A stretch of 49,837 nt of DNA from Klebsormidium nitens (taxonomy: Eukaryota; Plantae; Klebsormidiophyceae). Every line of letters starts with the position of its first letter. The stretch's first letter is position 1. This document shows, one piece after another, positions 34,201 through 47,129 of this stretch. The DNA is taken from NCBI GenBank assembly GCA_000708835.1, contig DF237576.1, positions 1 to 49,837 on the forward strand. Reading direction: 5' to 3'. The notes under the pieces are model-generated. The model searched no databases. It was not told where the DNA came from and saw only the letters and a list, made by a program, of their open reading frames with translations. The position numbers and the translations under genes are program-made.

Positions 34201-37200
34201 CGTCCGGTCGAGTCCTGCATTGTGCAATCCCTCCAGGAATTCTCTCTCGCCGGCTTCGATTAGCGGATCTCTTGCAGGAGGCAAACTAATAAAGTTTTTC
34301 CTTTTCCTTTCTCTCCTTCATAATTCCAAGATCTTTGTGCTTTTACGAGCCTAGGAATCACGAAATCATTGACCTTTCGCAAGGTTTTTTTCCACTCATC
34401 TGCAGCGCGCACGAGTCCTATGTCGTGCAGTCCCTTCAGAAGTTCTCTATTGCCTGCTTCAAATGAGAAGATCCATATCAGGAGGAAAGCAAATGACGTC
34501 TCTCGACCTTCTTTCTCTCCCTTTCATTCTTCAGAGCTTTGTACTTTCTTCAGCTTGCCATTCTGAACCACACGAGCATCGGTGAACTGAGCTATTTGTC
34601 TCGCTCATTCTGCAGCGCGCGCTCGAGTCATGGATTGTGCAGTCCCTCCAGCCAGCCTTCGACGACTTATCCAAGCCTGCATGGGTCGGCCGGGTCATCA
34701 TCCAGCAGTTCTACCTCGGCGAGGAGCCCATCACTATCCGCAGCGTGCAGCGGCGCGTTTCACGTCGCGCAAACGACCTCCAGTAAGTGGTTTCGTCGTC
34801 ATGAAATCACTTTTGAGGGTTTCAATGGATATCACGTAGTTCCTTCCTAGAACTTGTAGATTCAAATCGGGATCCTCTAAGCGCGCAACGTGCAGCAAGC
34901 AGCGGCGCGCTTCCCGCGGGGCGAACGACCTCCGGTGAGCAGTCACCTCGTCTTTTCTTGGTTGCTGATCTGGTCTCATCTCCCCTGTCAACGCTGCCGA
35001 AGTTCCAAAGCCGGATTCCGTCTCCAAAACGTCGAGCGCGTGTCTTGCGGTGAGCAACCGCGTAAGTCTTTCGCTTGGTCCTCTAAAATTCATCGGTGCC
35101 GTCTCCTCTTCTCAACCGTTGTTCTCTGGAGTTCTGATGCTTAACGGGGCAAAAGGCGTCCACAACATTGCAGCATTGCATCTTGCACGACGAGCTTCGA
35201 TGAGTTCCTTGCTCCCCTTGTCTTCTTCTGGTGCGCATCGTTTGTCAATCTGTGCTTCTTCCTTCTCATTCCTATGCCGTCTTCTTCTCTATCGATTGAG
35301 GAAAGCATTTTCTTTGTTGAGCAGGAAGACTCTATCCAAGGGCACTGTGCATTTCGTCATAAGGATCGAAGAACGCGAGCTCGGAAGGCATTCAGTGATG
35401 CTAGGCCCAGTGGTTCAGTGTCCATGCCCTTCAAAGGTACTTCAATGATAAAAGTTAAATACGACTATCAAGAACGGCAGAGGACAGAAGGAGAAGAAAA
35501 ACAAGAGAATTCACAGGAAACTGCTACACCCACGCAGGTATAACCTGGCCTTCCGGTACACGGGCGGCGCACGAATGCTGCTCCTTGTGCCTATCCAATC
35601 GGGGCCGGTTAAGATCGAAATGCCGGTGAGCGCACTTATCCAAGTTGGTCTTTAGAGTCGTCACGATAAGCTCTTGAGAGTGATAATTTGGACGGGTGGG
35701 GTTAGTAAGGGGGTTTAAGGTGGACAGGGTGCGGAGCAGGTAGATGTGTGAGATACAGGCTTGACTTTTGGGTTAAAGTTAATGAATGTCATCGCTTTAT
35801 TCGAAGCTAGAAGTTGTGCATAAAATAACTGCTTTAGAGAATAATCTCGTCCAGTTTATCAGCGATCTTCTTGTTCCCTTCGGCAACAGTCAGCTCCCGA
35901 GTTCGTGTCTGAAAGTTGGATTGAGGCACGGAGCTGCGGATGAAGATCCCTCTCGATATTCCCATACGTGGGATTCTTGGTGTCGCTTTTGCGGACAAGC
36001 TCAAGAATGACAAGTTCAAAATGAGGTGTGGACGATGCTCCGCTAAATCTGTGCAACTGCACTCCACATGGACGCTTGCACACGCCCTGACTCCACAGGT
36101 CGGTGTCCGGAAGCTGGACTCAATAGCGGAGCTGTGGATCGAGATCCGATTCGTCCTTTGGAGCCGTACGTTAAAATCAGTATTGCCACGTATAGTTGCC
36201 CGCAAATCGAGCTCGTGCCAGCTAATTCTTGAAACGAATGCAACCCGCGGGTTTCTAAACCATCGCAGGTCGGTGTCCAGAAGCTAGACTTGAACACGGA
36301 GCTGCGGAAGAAGTTCTCTTTTTGTCCCTATGGAACCATACTTAAAATCCTCCACGTTACATTTGCCCGCAATTGAGCTGTTGTTGATACTTCAAATGCT
36401 GACTCATTACAGGTCGGTGTCCGGAAACTGGAGTTAGACGCGGAGCTGTGGATCAAGATCCGTCTCGTTCCGATGGAACCATACGTTGGCTCGTTCACGT
36501 GGGCGTTCGCTGATAAGCCCAAGATCAAGCTGGTGCTTGCTCATATCTCAAGGACCCTAAACTCTCCAACTGTGAAAAAACTCGAACCTGCCTTACATTA
36601 TGTTCTCTACAGGTCGGTGTCCGGAAGCTGGACTCAGATGCTTAGATCTGTCTCGTCTCGTCCAAGCTATGCGGAGTCGTTCACTCGCGTTGGCATTCAC
36701 CAACAAGCCCACAATTGTTGCTCGCTCACTCTATAAGCAAAAGCGCGAAAGCCTCGAGCTTAAAACAACATATTGTCTTCAGGTCGGCGTTCGGAAGCTG
36801 GACTTGGACGCGGAGCTGTGGATCAAGATCCGTCTCGTTCCTATGGAACCGTACGTTGGATCCTTCACGTGGGCGTTCGCTAATAAGTCCAAGTTCAAGC
36901 TGGTGCTCGCTTATACCTCTAGTTCAACTTTTTGACTGCGAAAAAAATCGAGCCTGACTCGCATTATGTTCTCTACAGGTCGGTGTCCGCAAGCTGGACT
37001 TGGATGCGGAATTGTGGATTAAGATCCGCCTCGTTCCTATGGAGCCGTACGTCGGATCGTTCACGTGGGCGTTTGCGAACAAGCCCAAGATCAAGCTGGT
37101 GCTGGCCCCGTTCCGCTTCGTGAACCTGATGAACATCCCGCTCATCTCCACGTTCCTGCTCAGACTGCTGACGGAGGATCTGCCGCGCAACTTCGAGCTG

Positions 37201-40200
37201 CCCAACAAGGTGCGCAAAACAAGTTTTTGCTGTCTGAGCTATTCTTACCATGGCTTGAACGATTTTGGCGAAGAAATTAAGATATCCTGAACGTTTCTGC
37301 TCATTCTACTGACGGAGGAGCAACCACGCAACTTCGAGCTGCCACAACAAGGTATGCTGGATGTCCCCATCTTTCTTTGGACCGTTTTGTCACCATCTTT
37401 CTAGGAAAGATGATCATTGTGGCGAAGGACAAGCGTGTAGGTTGTGTTAAGTTATCGTACATGAAAGTGCGATTGTCTGATCAGCTTTGGAGATCAAAAA
37501 GGTCACTCCAGGTCACCTGCTGACGTTGTCTTCGCTCACACGCTGAGGTCACTTCCAAACAGGTTCTGATCGAACTGCTGAAGAATCAGAGCCCATTGTG
37601 CAAATCGGCACGTTATCCGAACGATCAAGAGTTCTGGTCCTTATTTGACAAAATCATGTTCGTTAAATTGCTGACGTCGTATTCGCTGACGCGCTGACGT
37701 CGCCTTCCCGCAGGTCCTGATCGACCTGATGAAGGACCACGTCTCGGGCCCCGGCACGCAGACCGACTCCCCGGCTAAGCGATGGGACTTTTCGTCCCCT
37801 TTTGTCTAATCAAAGTCATCTTCGCTGACACGCTGACGTCACCTCCCCGCAGGTCCTGATCGACCTGATGAAAGACCGCGTCTCGGGGCCCGGCCCGCAG
37901 ACCGAATCCCCCACCAACCTCGCCTTCGACTCCGGTTTCAAGGGCGAGTTGAACGTCACTCTATGCGAAGCCGAAAACTTGCCGGTGTGGGGGTTAGGCT
38001 TCCTAAGCGATCCGCACTGCATTCTGACGATCGGGCAGCAAGAGGTGCGCAGCAAGCGGGATAGCGACACGTCGATCCGGGGCAAGGCCGGGAATCCGGT
38101 GTGGAACCAGGACTTCTTCTTCCTGATCGAGGATACGATCACGCAGAAGCTGGTGGTTCAGGTTAGTTTCTTTAACCCAGTCTACTATTCCTCTTTTCAA
38201 GTCTTTAAACCAAGGTTCGTTCCTCTGTGAAACCTTCCCCTCGGTTTGGGACACCGAGGTGAGCGAGGAGAGAGTCTACTGTTTTGAAGGGCGCCTTGTC
38301 TTGAGGGTACGATGGTGCTCTCTGCCCGTTTCGACTCGCTCCTTTTAGAGCGTTCGCTGAACAAGTTAGGTCGAAGCAGGGCTTTCCAGAATCTGGTCGC
38401 TAATCTCAGACCTAAAACATGATGGGCCGTCTAATGCTATTTTAACTTTGGCAACACCTTGCCGTATAGTAGAGTTTCATCCCGAGGCCATCATTAAATC
38501 GGAAGACAAAGGGCCTTAGGAAAGCAAAGACTGAACGGCGACACGGTGTCAACAAAGCCAGCTGTCCGCTTCCTCCCCCGGGAGCCCATCCCTTGTTCAT
38601 TCCTCATCGCTTCACTCCCGCTCAACGGCACCCCCAGCACCGCTGGATCAAGTTCCTTCTGGACATGTAAAAGCGTCATCCGCAATGTGAACCAAAAACG
38701 CCGTCCGAAATGCGAAGTGGAATAACGGCGTCCGAATGCGCAGGTCCGCGACAGCCCGACGACGCTCAAACTAGACGTGGCGAAAGGCGCCATCGACCTT
38801 GCAAACCTCCCCGATCTAGAGCCGGTGGATGTGTGGATCGATCTTGTGGCTAACCAAGGGTTCGGGCCCACAAAAGTTTCCCGGCCCGCGGGGCGACTGC
38901 TGCTGAGGCTGACGTACAAGTCGTACGTGGATGACGAAGACGAAGGTGGGTGTAAATGCGCTCTGACGTCACGTAGTTGCTCTAGGGTTGATTGTCTTGC
39001 CAATGTGCGTTTTCTGATTCACAAATAACGGGGAACGAAGTTTTCGGGCCCCACCAAAGTTTCCCGGCCCGCGGGGCAACTGCTGCTAAGGCTGACGTAC
39101 AAGTCGTACGTGGATGACGAAGACGAAGGTGGGTGTGAATGCGCTTCGGCGACACGTACTGGCGCTTTGTTGGTTCTAGTTTCTGCGGTACGGCTGGCGA
39201 TCAAAGCGCGTTTTCATGATGCATATTGACGGCAAACAAAGTGTTAGCGGATTGCCTCTTCCGCCTTGGGGAACGAAGACTGTATGGTCGAGCGGTTCTC
39301 GAAGCCAGATTCAGTGCTGCAAACAGTTGCACGCGAACGATGGCATCAAAGGAGGGTGCAAGTGCGCTCTTGTCTGCTCTTGTTACGGAGTTCTCGGCTT
39401 CTTCAAATGGTGCGAACCCGTTTCTTACTACTTTCTCGAGCGATTAAATTGCGCTCTTGTTGCGCTCTGTCTTGATCTTCAACTTTGTTTTGATGGAGGT
39501 CAGAGTGGCTACAGACACAATCACTTATAAGGCTAGCTGTGTCATTTTTACCATGCTCGTAAGGTCCCGCACCTCTTTCCTCCTTTCATTAGCACGATGG
39601 CTAAGAAAGCTCCGACAGACTGCAACTTCGATCGACTAAAGCGCACTCGTTCTGAGGACGAAGTTTTCGAAGCCCGTAACACTTGGGAACATTAACAGCT
39701 GAGAAGATTTCGTAGAGATGCATCATTCGTCGTGCCGAGCCTGACCTTGCTCCTCCACCCGAAAGCCACGAAAATAACCTGAAAGAGAGACCCACATTGC
39801 ATCAACCTCCTCCAAATCCGAAAGCTCACTGCAAACGATAACCTGCTAGCTTTGAAGAGACAAAAAGTATTTTGGATTTTGAGAAGTAGACTGAAAAGTA
39901 ATTCACTCCACCCCCCCGCAGGCCCGGTCCCGATGTCGTCACCCACCCGCAAGGGCAAGACCACCTTCGTGGAGGACCTGCCCGAGTTTGACGTCAGCAG
40001 GATCCCCGATCTAGTTACCAACGACATCCCGGTCGCGGTCGCAGAGGGCGTCCAGAAGGGCATCGACGCGCTGCCGGAGGAGATCCCGGCGGCGATTCAG
40101 AAGGGGATCGACGCGATCCCGCCGGAAATTCCGGAGGCGGTCGCGGCCGGGAGCGAGCGGGTAAGCACTTTAGTTCAATAGCATCTGCCGGTTGAACTCA

Positions 40201-43200
40201 AAATCCTATCGAAGTTTTTCGTTTCGTTCTCGTGATGGCTGCGACTGCGGCATCCATCCAGAAAGGGATCGACGCAACCCTGCCGGAAATTCCGAAGGCG
40301 GTTGCGGCCGGCAGTGAGCGGGTGAGCACTTCACCTCAACAGCATCTGCCGATTGAAGTCAAGATATATAAGTCCGCTTTGAGTTTGTGGTGGCGGCGAT
40401 TGTGGCGGCCAATTAGAACGGACTCCAGTCGATGCCGCCAGAGATACCGGAGGCGGTCGGCGCGAGCGAGGGAGCACTTCTCTCCTTCTCAACAGCCTCC
40501 CCGTTTCTACATTATGTATCAACATCGTCCTTTCTGTGCTATTCTTGATTTCCTGTTGTAGCAAAGGCGGCCGGCATCGAAACGAAAGTCGACCCCATCC
40601 CGCCGGGGGTATGGTAGGCGGTTTGCGGCTGGCAGTGAGCGAGTGAGCACTTTCCCAACAGCAACTGCCACTTGGTTTCACAAAATCTCACTTACAGTCT
40701 TTTGCTTTCATTGGTTCGTGGTGGCGGCAATTGCGGTGGCCATTCAGAAGGGATTCGGCGGCCGTCTCACATTGCCCCAAGCGGTGGCGGTCGGCAATGG
40801 AACAGAAGAACCATGATCCGGCTTGGGCGTGCTTCGCTTGATCATCATCTCCTTTCCAAGTCTCCTGATCAGGGGGCGACTGACTTACCAATCAAGAAGC
40901 ACTAACCCGTGACCCTATTATAAGGCGCGGTAGCCGTGGGTTGTCCTCACACTTGACCCTTCTTATATGCTTTTCTTGTTCCTACATGCGCCTTCCTTTG
41001 ATAGTCTACTCGAACGGGAACTTTCAATAGGGACTCGAAATGGTAATGGAGTGTTGCGAGGCCCGCCGGAGACCCCCGGGCCTTTGCATCAAAGCGTTCC
41101 TGATGCTTCTGCAAATCCTTTGAACAATTCTTTCAAAGGTCTTCGAACATCCCAATAGAAACCAACGACAACCTCCATAAACTTGCTTTCAAAGCCTTTC
41201 AGAACCCTTGAAGGATCCTCTAACATCCTCTCTTAAAGAGGGCGTCCCGTGAACCGTCACGCCTCGGCGACCATGTACCGCAGAAATGGGGCATATTGGT
41301 CGCTCGGGACAAATTCCAAGATGCAATTTAGTCCGTCCGATGAGTATTTCCCTAAGGACTTAGATGCCACTAGTGCGCTTGAAATTTGACGCCCTCTTTA
41401 ACAGGCTCAGGACGATATCGAGGTGGTACAGCAGAATTTGAACGAGGCGGTCCCGCCGTCGCTGAAGGAGGGCGTGAAAGACTTCCGGGAGAGCGCGAGC
41501 GACTTCTGGGCGGAGGGCATCGCAAATGCGGTCGAGAACCTAGGGTTCGGGGCCAACACGGCGCACGTAGAAAAAGTGGTGAGCGGGAGACTTCAAACCT
41601 CGATTCGAAATCAGTTTCTGAAAGGTCGTCGAGAAATCCGCGCTTTGGACCCAACAGAGCGCACATGTTGAAACAGTTGCGAGGGCGACCCTCCAAAACT
41701 TAACCCGGAAATGGTGAGATTTGTGAGACTGAGAACCTAGGGTTCGGCCAACAGGATTTACGGGGAAAAGGTGGTGACGGGAACACTTGAAATCTCACCC
41801 CAAATGTTCCATTTTACGAGCATTTGGTTGTGATTTGGAGTGACGTTTGAAGGAGAGCTAGGGTTTGGAGCCATTGGCGTACGTTGAAAAAGTGGCAAGG
41901 GACAGATATCTTTGAGAATCCCGAGTACAATCTGGATCAAAGCTTCGTTCGAGCAGCTGTTGCGAGCTGAACGTTGGTTCTCTCGTCATCCCCTCTGCGG
42001 CGTGTTGATTCCGACCACCCAATCCGCAGAACCCGCACGTGTGCTCTTTCAACCCGACTCTGCAGCTCATGAGTAAGTTGCACAGCACCAACGGTTTTCT
42101 CGCTCTCCTGCGGTTGTAACCAGAATACTGGTGTTTGTCGGAAGCAGATATCTCCGTCCGTATTTGGGGAGAAGTCTGCATCATGTCCCGTTTTTGGTGT
42201 TATAGATTTGCTGCGTCCATCTTGCCACCGAGGGAAGCAGTGGCAAGTCCCACATATTAAAGAAACTTTTCAATGAGCCTCTTAACTTACCATTTCGCCA
42301 CTGTTTTGGGAAGATGTCATAGCAGTCCTCTCCGTTTCAATCTTGGTATAATACCATAGCAGGCCCTCCGGTTCACTTTTCCGACTACCAATCCGTATGG
42401 TCCAATCCGCAGGAGCCTCCCAATGACGTCCGCGAGGTTGCGATCCGCGACAAGTCCAAGCCTGGCGTGCACGACTTTGCCGTCTTCCGCGACGAGGCTG
42501 ACGTCAGCAACACCGCGGAGGCTTCGGAGCCGGCCCTGCCGCTCAAGGTCGCCAAAGCCGGCTCCGAGGGCAGCACGTTTCACGTGGCCCAGGACGGGAA
42601 GGAGGCCGACGTCACCATTGCGGGCGGGAGTGACGTCAGCACCGTGCAGAATGACGTCAGCACCGCGACGATGACGCCGGTGGGGGCGTCAGCGCCGATC
42701 ACCGACAGCTCCCCGGTGGCTTCCGAGGCGCTCGAGCGGAAGCAGGAGGGAGAACTAGCGCGGGGAGTTAACCGCACCGGGAGAGCGCCGCCGCCGCGAA
42801 AGGAGGACGGTTCGGCGCCCAGGAGGCCGTCGGTTGCCAACGTCAGCGTGAGGGAGCCCACGCCGGTTGCTGACGTCAGCATCGCGGATCCTTTGGAGGA
42901 CCAGGCAGCGGAAAAAAACGTGATGGGCGATCCTGACGCCGTGGACCTCGGCGAGACGGTGGAGGATGTGAAGAAGCAGCTGACGGGCGCGCTCAAGACG
43001 CTGAAGGAAGGTAGATTTTCTTTGTGGGGGGGGTTTTGGGGACGTGCGTTTGGTTTGTTATGAGAAGTTGGGAAATTGTCGCGTTTTCAGCAGTATCTTT
43101 CTCTACATTCTCAAGCTCGTTTGAAAGCGTCTTGGGCCCGTCGGAAACGCGATTGGAGGTTGAAGTGAAGGGCCTGATGTTCCGCTTTCAAGTGCACCCA

Positions 43201-43563
43201 TCTGCTTTGAGAGCGTGAGAGATTGCCCTGTTGCTTGGGCATGTCGCGAATGCTTTCTGTTGCCGAAAGATCGAAGGAGATCTGTTTCAGTAAAGCCTCA
43301 ATCAAGTTCATTGCTTGCTCGCTGCTTCAGATTGGCTGTCCAGCCGACTCAATCAGACTGATCGTTGTTGCCATACTTTCAGTATATTTTGGCGGGGTCG
43401 GAGAGGATTAAGGCTGTTCCTTCCTGTCAGAAAATACTGAGAAACGATATTGCTCTCTGCAGGAGAGGACAATCGGCGAGTCTTAGTGTGGTTAGCTATA
43501 CTCATACCGCTCGCATACCTTCTATTGTTAAGTATAAACACCGACAACATTGCCAACCCTTAG
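31241..43563 (+). CDS. NTMC2T5: SMP + C2 domain membrane-contact-site protein (NTMC2T5 / tricalbin-like); 11 exons: 31241-32049, 33140-33296, 34616-34782, 35538-35625, 36979-37209, 37853-38161, 38744-38945, 39922-40160, 41405-41578, 42413-43010, 43463-43563 (1024 aa)
   Basis: The joined exons total 3075 nt in one frame. They match land-plant NTMC2T5 signatures: KESAEWLNMVLSKIWKVY, RRVSRRANDLQY..RYTGGARMLL, ELWIKIRLVP..PYVG, GELNVTL..SDP..RSK..GNPVWNQDF, LLRLTYKSYVDDED and the C-terminal TM helix ..LVWLAIL..NP*. N-terminal TM helix FLIVGVAFAIASAFAW. Confidence 0.9.
35880..36978 (+). repeat. Stack of decayed copies of the exon-5 acceptor and 5' end in NTMC2T5 intron 4
   Basis: CAG|GTCGG(T/C)GT copies start at 36099, 36269, 36413, 36613 and 36783 ahead of the real exon at 36979. 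A more decayed copy lies at ~35900. Confidence 0.95.
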
Positions 43564-44676
43564 TTCGACTGATCCAGCTCCGCATTGGCATTGTAGAAAT
43601 CCCGCACAGGTTACAGATCTTAGTTCAGGTGTTTGTGAGCAGCTTTTGCCGTCTTGTACGGGCTGTTGTGCGTGAATATGAGGATTGAGTTATCCTTAGG
43701 ACTAGCTGCTGATTCGATCATTCTACTGACCTCTCAGAGGTTACATACGCTGAGCCCCCTTGAGTGGAATGCGACGCTGCTCGGTACAAAGGGCAATCAT
43801 CATATATGTCTCCAATGTCAAGATTCGCTTGATGAACCTTCACGTGGGACGGCAAGAAGCGATAATATGAGCATTCAGCTACTGAATCTCCCAAGAGCAA
43901 TGCTTCAATACATATGTCTTCGTGGTGCACTAGCTACGGCAACATGCCAGCTGCTGCCGGCATATGTGCACTATTAGTTGCATGCACATGTGCGTTTGGC
44001 CACCCTTTCGCTCGTACTGCTGTCGGACCGGGGAGATTAACAGATTTGCCGCGCCTGCTCATCATTGAAAGTACACTGACATGGTTGCCATGGGATTGAT
44101 TGAGTAGCAAATCTTCAACACGTGCATGAAACCTCATAATTGCATGCTAGCTTCCAGCTTCAAATGATGCACATGTTTGTGTATAGGTATGTTGCGACAT
44201 GCACACTGAAGTATGGCTTAATTCGACTGTATGTGTATTCATTCGATCGAGTCCGCACTGCAGCATATACATTCGCTGGGCCAGGCGTTACCTTGTGTTG
44301 GAGCCTACTATTCCCAGTGTTTCAGTGCGTGGCAATCACTATCATTCAAAGTTCTGCACGGGTTTCTTGAAAGCGACTTTATTCCGGCCGCGCCTTCTAC
44401 TTCTGCGGAGGTTCAAGGTGTGGACTCAACAAGATCATTGCATGCAAGCTTGCTAGTGGTGAATGATACAGTAAGAGAGGTATAAGAGAGGACAAGCTGA
44501 AAATGGCGACAAATTGGTTGAACGGAAGGCTTCCCTCCCTGTTCAAGCTACAATAGAGCCACAATATTCTCGAAAATCATGTTTCTGAATTAACGGGCCC
44601 CAACCTTTTCATCGACCCTACGTCTTGATCATGCTTCAGCCCGACTACCGTCCTTTCCTGGAGGCACTCCAGATTC

Positions 44677-46545
44677 TCAGCCTTTTCCAGCCACACTATC
44701 CCTCTGGTCTAGCTTCCAGAATGCGGGAAGCCTGTCCGGCTCATAGCAGTCCCACCTCGTCGCGAAGTATTTTTGCAGGAAAGTAGAGACCCCGGGCTTC
44801 AGAGCCTGGTCTTCGTCTGGCACATGCTCCCACTTCAGCCATTCTATCCACCAAGCAATGTTCTTCTCGGTCAGTTCCACACACACCACAATCTGGAAGC
44901 AGACTTTGCGGGCGCCGCACGCGTCGGCTAGCTGGTAGACGTTCTGCAAGAATTCAGCGCGGTGAGAAAAGAAGCTACTGAGGTTTGAAGGCAACAGTTT
45001 CGTAGTGCTCTAGTTACGGAAGGAACACGTTTCTTTCCAAGTGTGCGAGAGCAATGCAGCGAGATGGTTTCTGGATGACTGCTTTCAGGAGTTCCCTGTA
45101 TTTTGCCGACATAAAATTTCCTGATTCGTCTCAAGTATCAAGTCCTTCCTTTTCAACCTTCGCTTTCTTGTATGGCCCAAGCATCACATGTAAGGTGAGC
45201 TTGCGTGAAGAGCTTCCGGAATGAACAATCTTCCTATATATGCGTCTTATATTCTGAACAATTAACGAACTTAAACTCACCTCAAACAATTGCAAGCTCG
45301 TGCCCCTCCACTCAAGAGCCTGTAAAACAACCGGCACTCCGTACAGGCAATTCAAAAAGGCCTTCACCATCTCTACATTGGCAGGGACCGGCAAAGGGAG
45401 CTTCAATCTCTTTTCAGAAGATATGTCGCCAGACCATCTCTCGCTTAGCAGTGGTTGGAAGTATGAAGCACTATCCTTCAGCACTGATGCATGAGCGGAG
45501 GTCGACCCGTCCTGCAATAGGAAGGTAGACTGGAGCTAAAAGAAGAGATAGATTCTGCTGCTGTAACAAATGACTTTCTGCCAAAATCATATAAGCCTGG
45601 AATTGCATCTAGGAGCAGATCTTAAAGCCTCGCATCAATGTGTTTAGAAAGTTTCTAAGGATTACGTACTCATTTGGAACGCACTTGAATTACATCAAAG
45701 ATCCGTCACCAAGAATGGCTGGACTTCAGTGATTACTGGCCTGTTTCACTCAAGTCACATACGCAACTAAAGCTATGATCGAACCGAGACATGCATACGG
45801 GTGCGCATGCTAGGCTAGGGTTACAAAAGCATTCACAGAGACAAAGTTACCTGTCCAATGAGATCGACGTCTCCAGATCTGTCGACTTCGCTGAGTAGCT
45901 TCCAACCCGGACGTGACCGCTGTACTTCGTTACGAAGTTTGTCGCTTTGCGAGTACGTTCGCTGCACCAGCACGCAGATACGAACCTGCACTGTGGCGTT
46001 TAAAGGCACTCTGCCGACGGCCTGCGTTCTGTAGACTTTGACTATTGACATGACGTAATCTTCCGGTCCTGTTGACACGGTGACAGGCCCCACCGATACA
46101 TTATGTGTCTCCTTATCTGAGTCTACGGTAGCTCTGACGGTGTCTCTTCCCAAGTAAACCTTGAAATCCTCAAGACCATCGCATGCTGCCAAGCGGTCTT
46201 TGTTCACCTTGAGGGTGAAATGGATGACAGACGACGCCCTGCATCCGGGCAATGCACGCCCGATCCCACGAGCTCAGAAACTTCTACTAAGCCAAACGAA
46301 TCACCGTCTTTCACAGGCACCGTTTGATCGTCCATCTCCGAAGATGTAAGGAGGGTCAACTGATATGGTTCAGCAGCTTGTAATTGGTGGCCCTTGAGCC
46401 TAATCTCATAATCTAGCTGATAATCTTGGTGACAGCTGGTCGTCCAAAAGCGTCGCACGCTTTCTGGCATGTCTTTCATCTTTCCGGAGTCTCTTCTGTA
46501 GACATTCTGCGCGCATCGTAAGGGTCTCAATACTTCGGAACCCAT
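44677..46545 (-). pseudogene. BTB/POZ-domain gene, copy A (exons 46545-45851, 45511-45281, 44943-44677); frameshift near 46250
   Basis: BTB motifs DGSTSAHASVLKDSASYFQPLL..FLNCLYG and VYQLADAC. Exon 1 changes frame between ..ELVGSG and ..ASSVIHFTLKVNKD relative to copy B. Confidence 0.75.
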
Positions 46546-47129
46546 GATGGGCGCCTCCTAAGAACTCTTGAACTCACTTTGAGTCTGTGTGCACCACCAT
46601 CATCGATGAACCTTCTGCAAAAGAGCCGACTGCGATGACTCGCGGCCGCCCTCGCGGCGTGGGGTTCGCAGAGGGTTTTGGCACCTGGTGACACTGAAAT
46701 CAGCTAGGGCGCTCGCGGCCGCCGGCCGTTGAGTCGCGCCACGGCGGCCACTCTTGCCAGGGGCGCGGCCGCCCAGCGAGACGGAACCGTTTCGATTAGC
46801 TGCGATATATATAAACCGCCTAACTCCAACCCTTTTACAGAGAGTTATGCGCTCTAACCCCCGAGCACTGCTTTCAGTAGATGTCTCGGAGGACAGCGCT
46901 GGGCGGCCGCGATCAGGGCCGGGCAAGAGCGGCTGCCGGCGTAGCGCGACGGCCGGCCAGGAGCGCTTCCGAGTCGGGCCTAGACAGTGCCAAAACGCGA
47001 GAAACCCCTTCCCGCGAAAGCGGCCGCGATCCGGCGCGGCAAGCCCTTTTCGAGATTGAGTTTCATGTCATTGTGAGAGTGGTATGGTCAGACTCAATCT
47101 GCTTTCGCAAGTTGTAGGGCGCATTCATC
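46546..47129. promoter_or_regulatory. Candidate bidirectional promoter between the head-to-head BTB paralogues
   Basis: GC-rich segments flank an isolated GATATATATAAA at ~46803, between two divergent ATGs. Confidence 0.4.

Noticed and set aside
36413-36935. Intron-4 copies as mutually exclusive cassette exons
   Set aside because: They copy only the first ~130 nt of the 231-nt exon and have no donor site, so they cannot replace it in frame.
46600-47117. GC-rich ORFs between the BTB genes
   Set aside because: Arg/Ala/Gly-rich translations on both strands are typical of GC-rich promoter DNA. No domain is recognisable.
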